DNA of 64,000 bases from positions 75,074,898 through 75,138,897 of the forward strand of contig NC_068991.1 in assembly GCF_001194135.2 (NCBI RefSeq), in the 5' to 3' direction. The DNA comes from Octopus bimaculoides (taxonomy: Eukaryota). The position numbers and the translations under genes are program-made. How positions within the stretch are numbered: the first letter of the stretch is position 1; each line of letters opens with the position of its first letter. This document shows, piece after piece, positions 40,961-54,388 of this stretch. Below the pieces are notes generated by a model that saw nothing but the letters and a program-made list of their open reading frames with translations, did not search any database and was not told where the DNA came from.

Positions 40961-42361
40961 TCAGTAAGAATATAGGTTTAATGATGTAACTATGGATACA
41001 TTAAAGTATGATTGCTGATTTAAACTAGCAAGAGAGAGAGAGATGACCCTGCACACAGTGGAAATAACTTTTCAACATTGAGGAAATATACTTACAAAAT
41101 AGATTTTGCTACTTCAGTGAAGTAACTGCCAATTTATGAAGCAATCATAATTTCGGATCGCTGCTTTAAGGACAGTCCAACAAATAAAATTCCACACCAT
41201 TTCTGCTTATCTAGTTTCATTCACAAGGCCCATAAGGTGCACAGGGTTTGGTCCAAGAGCTACAGTGTTCAGATGTGGAAATCTTAATTTCAGGGCCATA
41301 CCTGTCTTGCGTCTCCTCTTCTGCAAGGCACCTTTTCCTGTGTCTTTGCCATACTATACTCCACCTCAGATGCGGAGGCCATGTCTTGCAAGTTACTTGA
41401 TGACCTCACTAGTGCCACCACCATGTAAAAAAAAAAGCAACCCGTTCACTATGTAAAGTGGTTGGTGTTAGGAAGGGCATCCTGCCATAGGAGCCTTGGC
41501 CCAAATCAGACATTGGCGCTCAGTGCAGTCTTCTGTTGGATCAGCCCTTGTTGAACTACCCAGCCTGTGTTAACATTTAAAAGAAATGTTAAATGTTGAT
41601 GGCAGCTAAATCTTCTTTACAAGGCTGAATGTAAAAGAGACTGTGTTGTATACACAAGTATTATGGAACTATTGCAGTCATCATATGTGAGTGTGTATAA
41701 GGTAGAAACTTGTGCTAGGTTTCTCTCTAATTTTGTTTAGGTTCCTATGCAGTCATGAGCAGACACTAAAACCTTTCTCTACCCCGCTGTCTTTGAATCG
41801 GCCAAAACATTCAGGGTGTGGTTGCTAGACTGGGCTGCTACTCATTTTTCAGCTGAGTAGAATGCAAGGACAAGAAATGATGTGCGTTGCTCAAGGTATC
41901 CATGAGCCACCTAACTAGGAATTGAAACAGCACTCTTATGATATCTAAACCACAATGCTCTAACCACTAAGCAGTGTATTTTCACTGGCAGCATATAGTT
42001 TGAACAGTTTTCAGTGTTGTTACTGTTTGCGAGCAAAGCTAGACTTGTACACATAACAGAAGGAAGTCGGCACATTCTGAATAAACTAAAAATAATTATG
42101 CAAGAAATATGGACAGTCTTCTTGCACCAACAACTCTCATTTATGCAATTATCTTAAGCATGATGGATTTTCTTCTTGTTTGATTCTGTTCCATTCATGT
42201 TGGGGATATTCCGATATACTCTTTTTCCTTCTCAATTCACCATTAGGATTATGTAAATTTGGTTTTGCCAAAATGTTACTTTATCTTCAATATTAACGGA
42301 TGACATAATGTATTGCATTTGTTGGCTAGATTCCTATTTTTAGTAGAATGCCGTTGTTTTC

Positions 42362-42433
<72 letters not shown>

Positions 42434-42645
42434 TTTTTCTTTTTATGCATCATTTTGAAATAATTTCTTCTGACCTCAGTTCAATATATTAATCAAAACT
42501 TTCCTCTTTTGAACTTCAATCCTGTCGGTTTCCATTTTGTTCTTTTTTCTCCTTTTTTTCTTTCTTTTCTTCCTTTTCCTTTTTGTTGTTTCTGTTTTGT
42601 TGCTGTTATTATATTGGCAAGGAGAATAATCATGCATTACTGATA

Positions 42646-42727
<82 letters not shown>

Positions 42728-45700
42728 TTTATATGTTTGTGTGTATTTCTGTTTTTTTGTCTGTCTGTCTTCTATGTTACACTTGTACATGTGTTCTTTT
42801 TTTTTTATTATTTCCTGGTGAAATTTCAACATTTATCAAGAGATCTCCTCATCATTTAACCTTCCATATTCAATATCTAAAAACTGTAGAGAAGCTATCT
42901 GACGTTTCATAAGCTTTAAATAATGTAATTGTAACATTCTTCACAGGTGGCCAGCATTACCGTTTACTGTATTTTAGCAGTATTTAAATTTAAAAAAAAA
43001 TCTTAACAACAACAATAATAATAATAATGATAATAATAATAATAATTATAATAATAATAAACTAGTGATCCAAAATTCTGATTGTTTCAAATTCAATGCT
43101 TGTCCAGCCAGCTCACCGAAATAGTTTTAATCTTTTTCTTTTTTCTTTTTTTTTTTGTATAAATGCATTTTCTCCAATGTCAAGAAGTCTTGTGTAGTAT
43201 AATCCTGCTTTTACTAATATGGTGCTGCCTGGTATGGCATCTGTTCACTAGTCTTTGTAGCTAGCTATTGTGTTTTACTGTACCATAGTTTGTGTTTTTG
43301 TTATTCTGCCAATATTCTTACGGACTCTTCTTCCCCTGCCAGATGCCAGGTTTCCCTCCTCTTTTACAGATGCTCTTCAAATTTTAGATTTCTCTCCATA
43401 GAGACCACATTTGCTAGTCTTAAACAAATGAAGTTTTGTCCTTGAACCTTCTATTAATTTGGAAATTTGTAGCTACTGTGAAGAACTGTTCCTCCTCTTC
43501 CTAATACTAAAAATACCCTTAATTTTAGTCGCTATAATTTCTTTATCCCTTCAGTCTACCTGACGAGGTTACAAAAAAAAACCCTGATGGTTTTGCCAAT
43601 GTGTGTGTATTTGTCTCATAGTGTGGCAGTTGATGTAGTCACCTAAATCTTTCAAACCTTGCATCAAAAGAATCTTCCTTTGCATTCCATACTGTGTCTT
43701 TATGTTTCAAGCCTAAGATCTATGGTTAAAGTGATGTTTAATCCCTACTAGACAAATTCTGAAATGAATGAGTGTATGTGTAATAACTAACCTTAAGTTT
43801 TTGGCTGTTAAACTGTTATAAGCTTTGCTAGTGATGGATGTCTTATCCATACACTTGTGTATTATGTAATTAACTAGGCAATGTCTATCTAAACATCAAT
43901 CCTTCTCGTTAACTTGATCACAGTTTTAATTACAGTTACAATCATGACCTCTAGTATTATTATTACTGCTTGTTGACTCATCTTTTTAAACTGTTTTTCC
44001 TTCTTTTCTTCCTCCTAGTCTTCTGCACCACTCATACCATTTTCATTATCACCATTATGATAATGAAGATGTTTGCTTCCATATCACTGAAAAAAAAAAC
44101 AAAAAAAACGAAAAAACCAGAAGTGTCTCTTTCTCTACTTTCAAACATGTGATGTTTTCCTCAAGGTTTGTGGAATAAGATGATAACTTAGCATTACTTT
44201 TGCTAAAGAGCTTTAGCATTCTACTTAAAAACTGATAGGTATATTAATTCACTATGATCTAAAATCCGTTTAGCACTCCTTATGAAATGTTTGTTAGTGA
44301 CTTGAATATTCTAACAAAGTATTGTATTATCTTACCTTATATCCTGTCTATTCTATATTTTATAAAAATGGTTCTTGTTATTATTCATACCCAAATACAT
44401 TTTATGTATTTGGCATGAATATTCTTGAATTAGCATATGCTTCATATGCCTTCAGCAAAAGGCTCCTGGTTACAAAAAGAAAAATGAGATGTGTTTAGGG
44501 AAAAAAAAAAACAAAACAAGATATATTAATCTACATGTTGCTTAAAGCTTTTTAGTGTTATGGTGTCTTTTTTTCCTAATCTTTTTATTCCTAATCCTTA
44601 TTATATGAAAATGATGCACACATTTCCTTGCTACGATTCAGTAATATAGCTGATAGCCATAAATATGTGTGTATGTAAATACATGTGTGTTATAGTGTGT
44701 ATAGCCTCTCTTGTATGCAGTCAAGCATCTCTGTAAGATAGTCTCAGTCAAGGTTCATTAAACACCTACACCAAAATTCTTATTCCTCTTTCATTTAATG
44801 CTTATTCACTAATTAACTCATGCATACTTTCTTTCATATTTTCATGAATTATTCCCAATCAGTAATCAATTCAGTTAATTACGATCTTTCCAATTGATTA
44901 TTAGCATATGGCAAATTTGTATTCAGGATATATTGTTTATGCAGTTATGTATTTTATTTACTGTATTCACTTGGAAAATCTTTGTTAAAACATTTGTATC
45001 AATCTAAATTGCACTTTTACCCTATCATAATTGATTCTTCATCATCATCATCTTCTTATCAGATCTTGGAACTTAAAAGATTTATAGCAAAATGGCATAG
45101 CTGAATGGTTAGGAGGTTTATTTCATGATAACAAGACTGTGTTCAATCTCATGCTGTAATATTTTGAATGTGTACCTTTCAAAACAGCCTCTTGTCAACC
45201 CTTGCTTTGTGATTGAAACTGAATTGGTAAAAACTGTATGAAAGTCTGACCAATGGGTTGTCCATTTCAAATGACCAAACACACTCTGGTTCTCTGATTC
45301 TGCTTGATAACTTTATTAACCCTTTTTGCTATCATGTTCCTCTTGAAATTACACTGCCTTTGTTTCAATTAATTTTCAAAATAATGAAAAATTCAGTAAT
45401 ATAACACTTTCATCATCAAGCTAATATTTCGAACATAAATTAGTATGAAGTTGTGATGGAATCTCTTTAAAAGTGGGTGTTTGTATCACAGAACTAGGGA
45501 CAGTTTCAGGCAGGTTTATATCAAAAGAGTAAAGATTGCACACACCTGTGGAATACTCGACCACTTACATGTTAATTCATTGAGCAGTTGATTCAGTTGA
45601 TTTCTTCACAACTGATGATTTGGTTGGTTGAATAACTCGTCATCAAAACCAGCCATGAGTCAGTTACTTTTTAGTATGTAGACCTTGTGTAGTACTGTTT

Positions 45701-46437
45701 CTAACATTTCTTGATTTATCCATATGGCAACGCTATCCAAAGTTTCACTTCTAAAGTGTAAAGTGTCTTCAAAATTAACTTCTTAAAATTAAATGGTTTT
45801 TGTTTGATTTTTTTTTCTTCCCAATTTACTTTTCATTCTTTAAAATTTTACCTTCTCTCCATTTAATTGATCGAACTCTCAAATGGCTCCTAAAACACTT
45901 AACTATGATTTTCTACTTTTATTATTCAGCTACAGATTATTACCTTACCTAAAAATTTCTCTTTGATATTAGTTGTGTTAATGAAATCTGTTCCATGAAA
46001 TTAACTCTGTCTATTGTTATTGCTGTTATAATTGTTACAATTTATTTATATTCTCATCAGTCAATCTTTTTTTTTTTTATATAACCATCAACAATTCTTC
46101 ATCTTGTCTTTCAAATTAACACACTGTGCAAGCAAAACATTCATGTGCAATTGAAATGATGACTGTTGGTAGTCATTACACTGCAAAAACATTTTCGACA
46201 TGTATACGATACATGAAACACGAACAAACAGTACAAGCAATACATTATCAACTGTCATCCATTCAGCCAAAAGGATGACACATTCTTCATTCTGTGCAAA
46301 CTGCAATATTGACATCATGTTTTGTATCTACCACTCAGCAAGATATGAAGAAGGAACATCTGAGTGGGTTGGGAAATCATTGACAGAGACATTTTTTTCT
46401 CTATCTTTTTGGCTTCTACTAGACTTGAAGTGAAATG

Positions 46438-46473
<36 letters not shown>

Positions 46474-46489
46474 TATCTATCTATCTATG

Positions 46490-46543
<54 letters not shown>

Positions 46544-46603
46544 ATCTATCTATCTTATCTATCTATCTATCTAACTACATATATATATATATCTTGTAAA
46601 TAC

Positions 46604-46993
46604 TAATAATGGTATTTTTATATAAGCTTAAAGCTTACAAGTAATCACCATGCAATGACTAAGGAAAATAGTCTAATAAAGGGGCATAGAAGCCCTCGAC
46701 AGAAAAAAAGGAAGGCTTTCCTATCCACATGGGAGTCGAACCCACATCCCTTTGTTAACGCGACTAAGTGTGTTACCTTTACACTAACGAACCAGTTTCC
46801 CCTTTTCTGTCAAATTTAAGAACTATGTATTAGTTCGTATTTGTTTTCATGTAAACAAACTTTCATTATGGTTTCAGTGATTTAGCCTTCTTTTACTAAC
46901 GAGGGCTTATAAGCCTGATTATTAGACTATTTTCCTTAGCCATTGCATGGTGGTTGCCATAAGCTTTGAGCTTATATAAAAATACCATTATTA
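46604..46993. mobile_element. Long-TIR (about 95 bp) MITE with an internal tRNA-like cassette
   Basis: TAATAATGGTATTTTTATATAAGCTTAAAGCTTA...CTAAGGAAAATAGTCTAATAA is mirrored at 46890-46993; tRNA-like fold at 46725-46794 (-). Confidence 0.85.
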
Positions 46994-47226
46994 TTATTTA
47001 CAGAATTCTAAATCATGGAACCGTATAAAGAGAGCCATTCACACTGAAATATATATATATATATTTATATTCATTCTCTCTGTGTTTATTTTCTCTTTTT
47101 CCTTTTTGTTGAAGAACATTGGCTCAAAGCATAAAAGATTTTTTCATTTTCCCAAGAGTCAAACTAATACACCTGCTTGTTGTTCATACACCTGTCTTTG
47201 TCTTTTGTTTTTCTATNNNNNNNNNN

Positions 47227-47269
<43 letters not shown>

Positions 47270-47639
47270 CTTAGGCATAGCTATACTGGTAACCTGGCAT
47301 TTGAACTCAATATATGTATGTTTAGAATAAAGCATTAGTTGAATACAGGGCATAATATGAAATTAAATAAATGACAATGGAACCGTAAAGTATGTAATGA
47401 ATCACTTTAGCTTACAGCTGTTTCTGCTATCAGGTGCTCATGCATTCAGAATTGAGTGCATATGCATCACTCAATAGCTTTCTCTTTTGAAGCTCTGATG
47501 AAGTTCTAGCGTGGTGCACATGTATTTAGCTATGTGTGCACTGCATCCTATAAGAGAAACAGCCATAAAGTAATTAAGCTTAGAGCATAATCTCATGTTC
47601 CTTTGTCATTTATTCAATTATATATATGTGAGACCGTAG

Positions 47640-47870
47640 TTGTGGCTGATGCCAGTGTCAGGTCATTGGAACCTGTGCCGGTGGCATGTGGAAATCTCCC
47701 ACTGCACTCTTGGAGTGGTTGGCATTAGGAAGGGCATCCAGCCATAGAAACTTTACCAAACCAGACCAGAATCTGGTGCAGCCCCCTGGCGTACCAGTTT
47801 TCAGTCAAACCGTCCAACCCTCGCCATCATGGAAAGGAGATGTTAAATGATGATGATGATGATGATGATG

Positions 47871-47871
<1 letters not shown>
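47640..47871 (+). mobile_element. Family E retroposon 3' segment
   Basis: GGTTGGCATTAGGAAGGGCATCCAGCC motif and (GAT)n tail. Confidence 0.8.
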
Positions 47872-47901
<30 letters not shown>

Positions 47902-49147
47902 AACACACACTTCATATCATCAGAATTTTGATGCATTTATGGATGTAGCACTTTTGGGTCTGCTCTTTAAACCCGTATAGGCTTTGAGAGTGGAGGTGGT
48001 AGCAAATGCAAGGGCTGCCCTGAGTGGCACACTTGCTGGCTCTGCCATTGGTTAAATCCCTTCCTTGTGCCAGTTGCCAGAACTCTCAATCTTTGGACCA
48101 AAGAACGGCCCAGACATTGCCATGTGAAGAACTGGAAAAAATGCCACCAGCAAAATGAATCTTTTGTTTACGATAAGTGAACACACATGAACATGAGGGC
48201 TAATACAAATTCATTCAAACACGCACACATGTACATATTGGCTTATGATGAACTCCTTCAATTTCTCCCTACGTATTCCCCCCCCCCCCCCNNNNNNNNN
48301 NNNNNNNNNNNNNNNNNNNNNNCCCCACAAGGTATTCATTGTCCAGTGTCTGAGTAGTGGCATCCGAACCTCTTGTCCGTGTCACCACATGATTCTGAAA
48401 TGAAATTCTTAACCATGAAGCCATACTTGCACTTATATACATGAACAGTGCCCCACCCACATGTGCATAAACAGATATATTGGTACACACAAGTATTTAT
48501 ATATAATATATATGCACATACGCACACACATGTACAGAGATATGCATGAACTTGTATATACATAGATACATATGTACAATGCACATGCACACACTGATAA
48601 ACACACACGCACACACACACACGTATCACTTTCTTATGCCTTCAGATTATCCAGCTTGTTATCTAATTTGCTGAATTAATGCCTCAACAGTATTCCTTTA
48701 ACGATTAAAGAGAACGTGGATTCTTCATTATTTTGAATTGAATTCCAAGCAGCTTTGCCTAACTCTTATCGTTCATCATGCATTTTATTTCCAGTCTAAC
48801 GACTCTGTTCTTGGCAGATGAAAGGCTATGAAAACGATCTGCATATCCTCTTCATCACTATCTATCAGTGCTACAACTCCTTCCACAAATATTTGTCCAA
48901 CTCTTCACACATAACACAAAAGTAATTGTAGAAGTTGATAAATGTATCAAAACGGTTTTAGAAAAAGTTTAGGGTTTTACGTTTTTCTGGTTTTTAATGA
49001 TAATCTCATGACTGTTAACTCTAAAAGTCTTTGCGGGATTTCACATGCAATTCCACAGAAACTAAGTGAGTTACAAGTACTAACAGCTTAGTTGTTATTT
49101 ATATTATTTACATTTCACGAATATTTGTCCTCATCTTGTTTGTTATT

Positions 49148-49193
49148 AATACAATGTTTCGGCTGATATACCCGCCAGCCTTCATCAGGTGTC
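49148..49193 (-). ncRNA. Minimal type I hammerhead-ribozyme-like motif (Penelope-like element type), degenerate
   Basis: Minus strand: GACAC-CUGAUGA-A-GGCUGG/CGGGUAUA/UCAGCC-GAAAC-AUU-GUAUU (stem I, core, 6-bp stem II, GAAA). Confidence 0.55.
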
Positions 49194-49237
49194 TTGGGGA
49201 AATTTCGAACCTGGGTTCTTATTCTTAACGTATTATT

Positions 49238-49298
<61 letters not shown>

Positions 49299-49386
49299 CT
49301 GCTGTTGCTGTTGTTGTTGTTGTCACTGCCTGGAATCGAACTGGGAATTTGGGTTTAGTAGTCTGCACTCTTAACTTCTATGCCAT

Positions 49387-49420
49387 ATGATGAAGGTTGG
49401 AGGGTATATCAGCCGAAATG
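49387..49420 (+). ncRNA. Second, inverted, truncated hammerhead-like motif
   Basis: AUGAUGA-A-GGUUGG/AGGGUAUA/UCAGCC-GAAA; core C3 is mutated to A and the 3' part is replaced by RTE sequence. Confidence 0.4.
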
Positions 49421-49660
49421 TGTGCAGGAGGTATATGAAGGTACTTGGTATCAACACCAATTCCTGGGAGGATCTCACAGTCGACCGAACCAGCTGGAGA
49501 GGCACTCTTCACAAACAACTGCAGACCAGCGAAGAGAATTTGAGGGTGGCAGCAGAAAAGAAATGACAGCGAACAGACTGGATTCAACGTATAGGTGTGA
49601 TCTCTGCAAACGACATCATCTATGATCAGCCATGACCGACGAAGGCCTAAGAAGAAAGAA
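49419..49660 (+). mobile_element. 5'-truncated RTE (BovB-like) LINE 3' end
   Basis: Frame from 49420 gives VCRRYMKVLGINTNSWEDLTVDRTSWRGTLHKQLQTSEENLRVAAEKK*, then YRCDLCKR in another frame; typical RTE C-terminus, ending in an AAGAAGAAAGAA tail. Confidence 0.85.
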
Positions 49661-49685
49661 CTGTCAACATGCATGTATAAGTATC

Positions 49686-49871
49686 CACGTAAAAGCACCC
49701 ACTACACTCTCGGAGTGGTTGGCATTACGAAGGGCATCCAGCTGTAGAAACTTTGCCAGATCAGATTGTGGCCTAGTGCAGCCTTCTGGCTCACCAGTCC
49801 TCAGTCAGACCATCCAACCCATGCTAGCATGGAAAGCTGACATTAAACGATGATGATGATGATGATGATGA
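49686..49871 (+). mobile_element. Family E retroposon 3' segment
   Basis: CACGTAAAAGCACCCACTACACTCTCGGAGTGG...(GAT)n. Confidence 0.88.
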
Positions 49872-50844
49872 CATATGCAAAAATGTGATATAACTGTGAT
49901 TGAGGTTGTCTATATTTCTTTTTAGACAAGAAACCTTTGACATAGTTACTTAATCTGCTTCCGTGTTTGTCAGTCTCGTCAATATAAAAAGCAAGAAAGC
50001 TAAGCTTAAATATGCCTGCCAATATATTGAATGCGAAAACTAAATGTATATGTTAAGTTTGATTCATGAATATAGATTCTAAAGCTAGAAAAAAAAAATA
50101 ATTGTCATATATTACTTTATTTCCATTTTAACTGTCAAAGATTTGTTCTAGAATTTAGATTCTAGTTTAACTGATACAAAATCCGTTTATAAAATATGTA
50201 CTTGGATTGTGTAATATATTAAGCAGATACAAAAATTAAAAACCATTCCCTTTTCTGACATGTTAACTAATAATTTGTTTTAAATCTTGAAATTTATTCC
50301 TAACTTCTTTCTTTTTACCCAGGCTTTGCTGACAAACATGTAGTTTTAGAGCACTATGTATTGTCAAATACATAGGTAATCTCTCATTTTATGGGCATAA
50401 GATTCTATTATTGGATTTTCAGTTAGGTATATGTATATTGGTCATCCTCTTTCATATTTAGTCTTTCTTGGTTGGATATCATAAGCTTTTATGAACAGTT
50501 GTTGCTAGTTGGATATGATATTTTCTAAGCTACGTTGGTAATTTTATGGTATTTGTGGTTAGAAGGGAAGTGCTAATAGTTTAAAGACAGTTTTAGTGAT
50601 GGGTGTTGTTACTTGTAAAATGTATGATGGATTATATTAGTGTATTATATTCATGCACAAGAGTCCAGACCACAGAGAAGAAAGAAGTGACATAACCAAG
50701 GTAACACATAGTGGGGTCAAACCTGAAGCCACATAGTTGTGAAGCAAATAGTTTGACCATTCAGCCATGGTTATGTTAATATAATGACAGTGTATCTATA
50801 CCAAAGTATAGAGTAGCCCATTAGATTAATATTTAATATATATA

Positions 50845-51339
50845 TATTGCGAAGACCTGTTGGGGCAAGTGAAATTGAAATCAAAATTGAACCATACTCG
50901 ATGACTGGCACCTGTGCCAGTAGAGCACTAACAGCACTGTATGAGTGTGTTCATTGCCAGAGCAGCTGTCTGGCTTCCGTGCTAGTGGCCTGTAAATAGC
51001 ACCATTTGAACGTAATCGTTACCAGCGTCACCTTCTAGCACTTGTACTGGTGGCACGTTAGAAAATCATTCGAGTGAGGTTGTTGCCAGTGCAGGTGGCA
51101 CATACAAAACACCTTTTTGAGCATGGCCGTTGCCAGTACCGTGTAACTGGCCCTCGTGCTGGTGGCACGTAAAAGCACCCACTACACTCTCGGAGTGGTT
51201 GGCATTAGGAAGGGCATCCAGCTGTAGAAACTCTGCCAGATCAGATTGGAGCCTGATGCAGCCTTCTGGCTTGCCAGTCCTCAGTCAAATCATCCCACCC
51301 ATGCTAGCATGGAAAGCAGACGTTAAACGATGATGATCA
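50845..51339 (+). mobile_element. Longer family E copy with internal degenerate tandem units (GTGGCACGTAAAAGCACC-like)
   Basis: Repeated GTGCyrGTGGCAC motifs upstream of the conserved 3' segment. Confidence 0.8.
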
Positions 51340-51349
51340 NNNNNNNNNN

Positions 51350-51540
51350 ATTTGTCCCCCACCATCGCTTGACTCTGATGTTGGTGTGTTTATGTCCCCG
51401 TAAATTAGTGGTTCAGCAGAAGAGACCAATAGAGTAAGTACTCGGCTTATAAAGAATAAGTCCTGGGGTCGATTTGTTTGACTAAAGGTGGTGCTCCAGC
51501 ATGGCCGCAGTCAAATGACTGAAACAAATAAAAGAAAAGA
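51350..51540 (+). mobile_element. Family A SINE, 3' half
   Basis: Matches the consensus tail. Confidence 0.85.
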
Positions 51541-54178
51541 ATATAAATATATATACTATATATATATATATATAACGAGAGAGAGAAAGAGAGAGAGAGA
51601 GAGAAAAAAAGCGGGGAGAGAGAATATTACAAGATTTTCTTGACATTTATTTTTACTTAAAAAAAAAATAACTGCTGTCAAAAATATACGATGAATCATT
51701 TCCTTGAAGCGTTACTGATTCTCTAACATTCCTGTCTTTTTTTTTTTTCTGTAGTCCTATGTAATTCCAAAATGGTATACCAGAGAGTGTGCATTTTCAT
51801 TTTTGATTTATTTATTCATTTATTTCCATCTCTTAGATTCTACCAAAGAAAAACTGAATGAGATACAAAAACCACTCTCATCCAAATATTCTGTTCACCA
51901 ATTGTTTTTGGTTTTTTTTTTTTGTATTGAATTTTCAGCGTTGAGTTTTACATTCTACCAAAGTATTGTATCGTCCTACCTTATTCAACTATTACTGATT
52001 TTATAAAAACCATTCTTGTTATTGTTCATACCCTATACATCCTTATGCATTTGGCATGGATATTAATATTAAATGAGCATGTACTTCCTATGCATTTAGG
52101 TTTAGGCTGCTGGTTAAGGAGGTAAAAATAAAATAAAATAAGTGCAATTGGAATAAAAAAGTAATATACAATATAAATATTAAAAAAAATGTGTAGTTTC
52201 AAGCATGTTAGTGTTATATTTTTCCAATCCCCATATTAATGCTTATTGTGTAAAATTGATGCACATATTGCATTGCTCTTATTCAAGAGTATCATTAATA
52301 TCCATGAACCCCTCCCTGCCATGCATATATCTGTTATATAAGTGTCGGTGTATGTCGTTATCTATATCTGTTTAGCCCAGAAATGCTCCGAAACAGTGCC
52401 TCCTTGAGAAAAATGAATTTGATTTGTGAAACCTGCGTCCCAAAGAAAAGGTTGTCCATAAATAATAATAGAAAAATATAATTTGCTATGAGAAATAACT
52501 TAACTTTTAGATCGACAATTCTCCTGCTCTCTGTCTTTCACTGCAAATGTATCCTGCAATATATATATTTACCCCATTTTTTCATACTTATTCTCTTTGT
52601 GTGAGCATACTTTAACTCTCACGCATTGCTTTCATTTTGTTTACAACCTCATCTTCTAATCTTTACTTTCATATTATGACAACTATTATGAACAAAGTTT
52701 GTTTTTTGATTGGATAAGAATTTATCAAACTTTAAACTTCTGTAACATTTTTCTAAAATTGTACTGGAATAAATGAATTGCAAGCTCGGATTTGATGTGA
52801 AAAGGTTCAGCATTATACCAAATTTGAAACTTTTCAATTAATTTGAACATTTCAAAATCTGTGACAGCAACAGAAATGACCCCCCCCTTCACTCTCTCTG
52901 TCTCTTTAATTTTTGGTGAACTTTCTTAAGGTGAACTCCCTCTCTCCTTATAATTTTCTTACCACACTCTCTCACTCTCTGTAAAATTCCATAGCTCATG
53001 CTGAGTGAGTGTGTGTGTGTGTGTGTGTGTTTGTCAATGTGTGTGTATGCATGTGTGTAACAAGTATCATTAGGGCAACATAATGATTTAAAAAAGGTAT
53101 GTGAATGATAAATATATTTTAATAGCATACTTTTCCTGTTAGCAAATATGGTTTTTCTTACTTACACACAGCACACACACACACAGACATGCATACACAT
53201 ATGCCCTCACACATACAATTATGCACACGTGGACTTGCTTGATACGGGATTAAAAATTTCAATTACCCTTTTTGTTGTTGTTGTTGTTGTGGCTTACTCC
53301 CATCAACATAATCATTCCGTTTAATGTGTTTATGGGGAGAGAAATGTTGGAAAACATAAATACATGTCAGAGTGACAAAGAAACGAGGAAGGTATCAGGT
53401 GGTTGTGGGATGTGCTAGAAACAACAGTTAAATCTACCTCAAATTGCACACCTTTTTGCCTAAAGATTACTTTGAAATTATTAACAGAAACGGATTAAAG
53501 ATTCAGACTGTTCATATTTTACAAATTTGATTAAAGAAATTTTTTGAGAAAAAAGAAAAAAGCCAAAATTTGAGGATTTATGGAGGGGCAGGATTAATGG
53601 AAAAATTAAAAAAAGATTTCACTATTGCTTGTGTTTGGAAATAAAGGAATGAATTGTGATGGTGATTACCATTTCCCAAATTTTGGTTTTTTTTTTTAAC
53701 CTTCAAGGCTTCCCCCAATGTTCTTCAAGCATGTAATGTCTAAACAATTGGCCCAAATCAGTACTGAGTCAGGGAGGGAGATTTGAAATGATTCATAAAT
53801 TTTCAAAAAGTTTTTTTTTCTTTTTTTTATAATCTAAAAGGTGCCTCCTATTGTTTGTAAGTGTATAATGCTAAAAATTGGACAAAATCAGTCCGGGAGT
53901 GGGATTCATTTATTTTCAAAGACTTTTCATAAAGAGCTATCTCCTGTCATTTTCAGTGATGTAGTGTCAAGCAAATCTGAAAAATCCTCATCTATTGTGA
54001 AAGTTTTCTGGCAGAATTGGGATACTCAGCTAGTATTTATGTATATACATACATATATATATATATGTATACTTAATTGGAAATGGATGCATTGCATTCA
54101 GTTAAATAATAAATAATATAATATATATATATATGGTGGTTGTCTACTCCTTAAACAGAGTTTGACCACCTCCTGCAC

Positions 54179-54388
54179 CTACACCTTAGCCCTTTCATGG
54201 CGTCTGATGTGGCTTTTTAAACCAGACAGTGTTTTGAAAAAACACCCACACAGATTGCACCTCTGATTTGCACTACCAATACCTGCAAGTAAGTTCTGCT
54301 CATTGTGGATCCTAACATGTCTTTTAAGACCCCCATTGGATTTGCAAACCCTCTGGCACACACCACATTCAAACGTGTGCACACACAT
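54179..54388 (-). mobile_element. Two C2H2 zinc fingers, most likely the C-terminus of a 5'-truncated non-LTR (RTE-like) retrotransposon ORF
   Basis: FECGVCQRVCKSNGGLKRHVRIH and QRCNLCGCFFKTLSGLKSHIRRH (C-x2-C-x12-H-x3-H); the stop is followed by a short 3' UTR and an (AT)n tail; no TGEKP linker. Confidence 0.65.

Noticed and set aside
49189-49374. Poly-Cys ORF (metallothionein-like appearance)
   Set aside because: It is a (TGT/TGC)n microsatellite.
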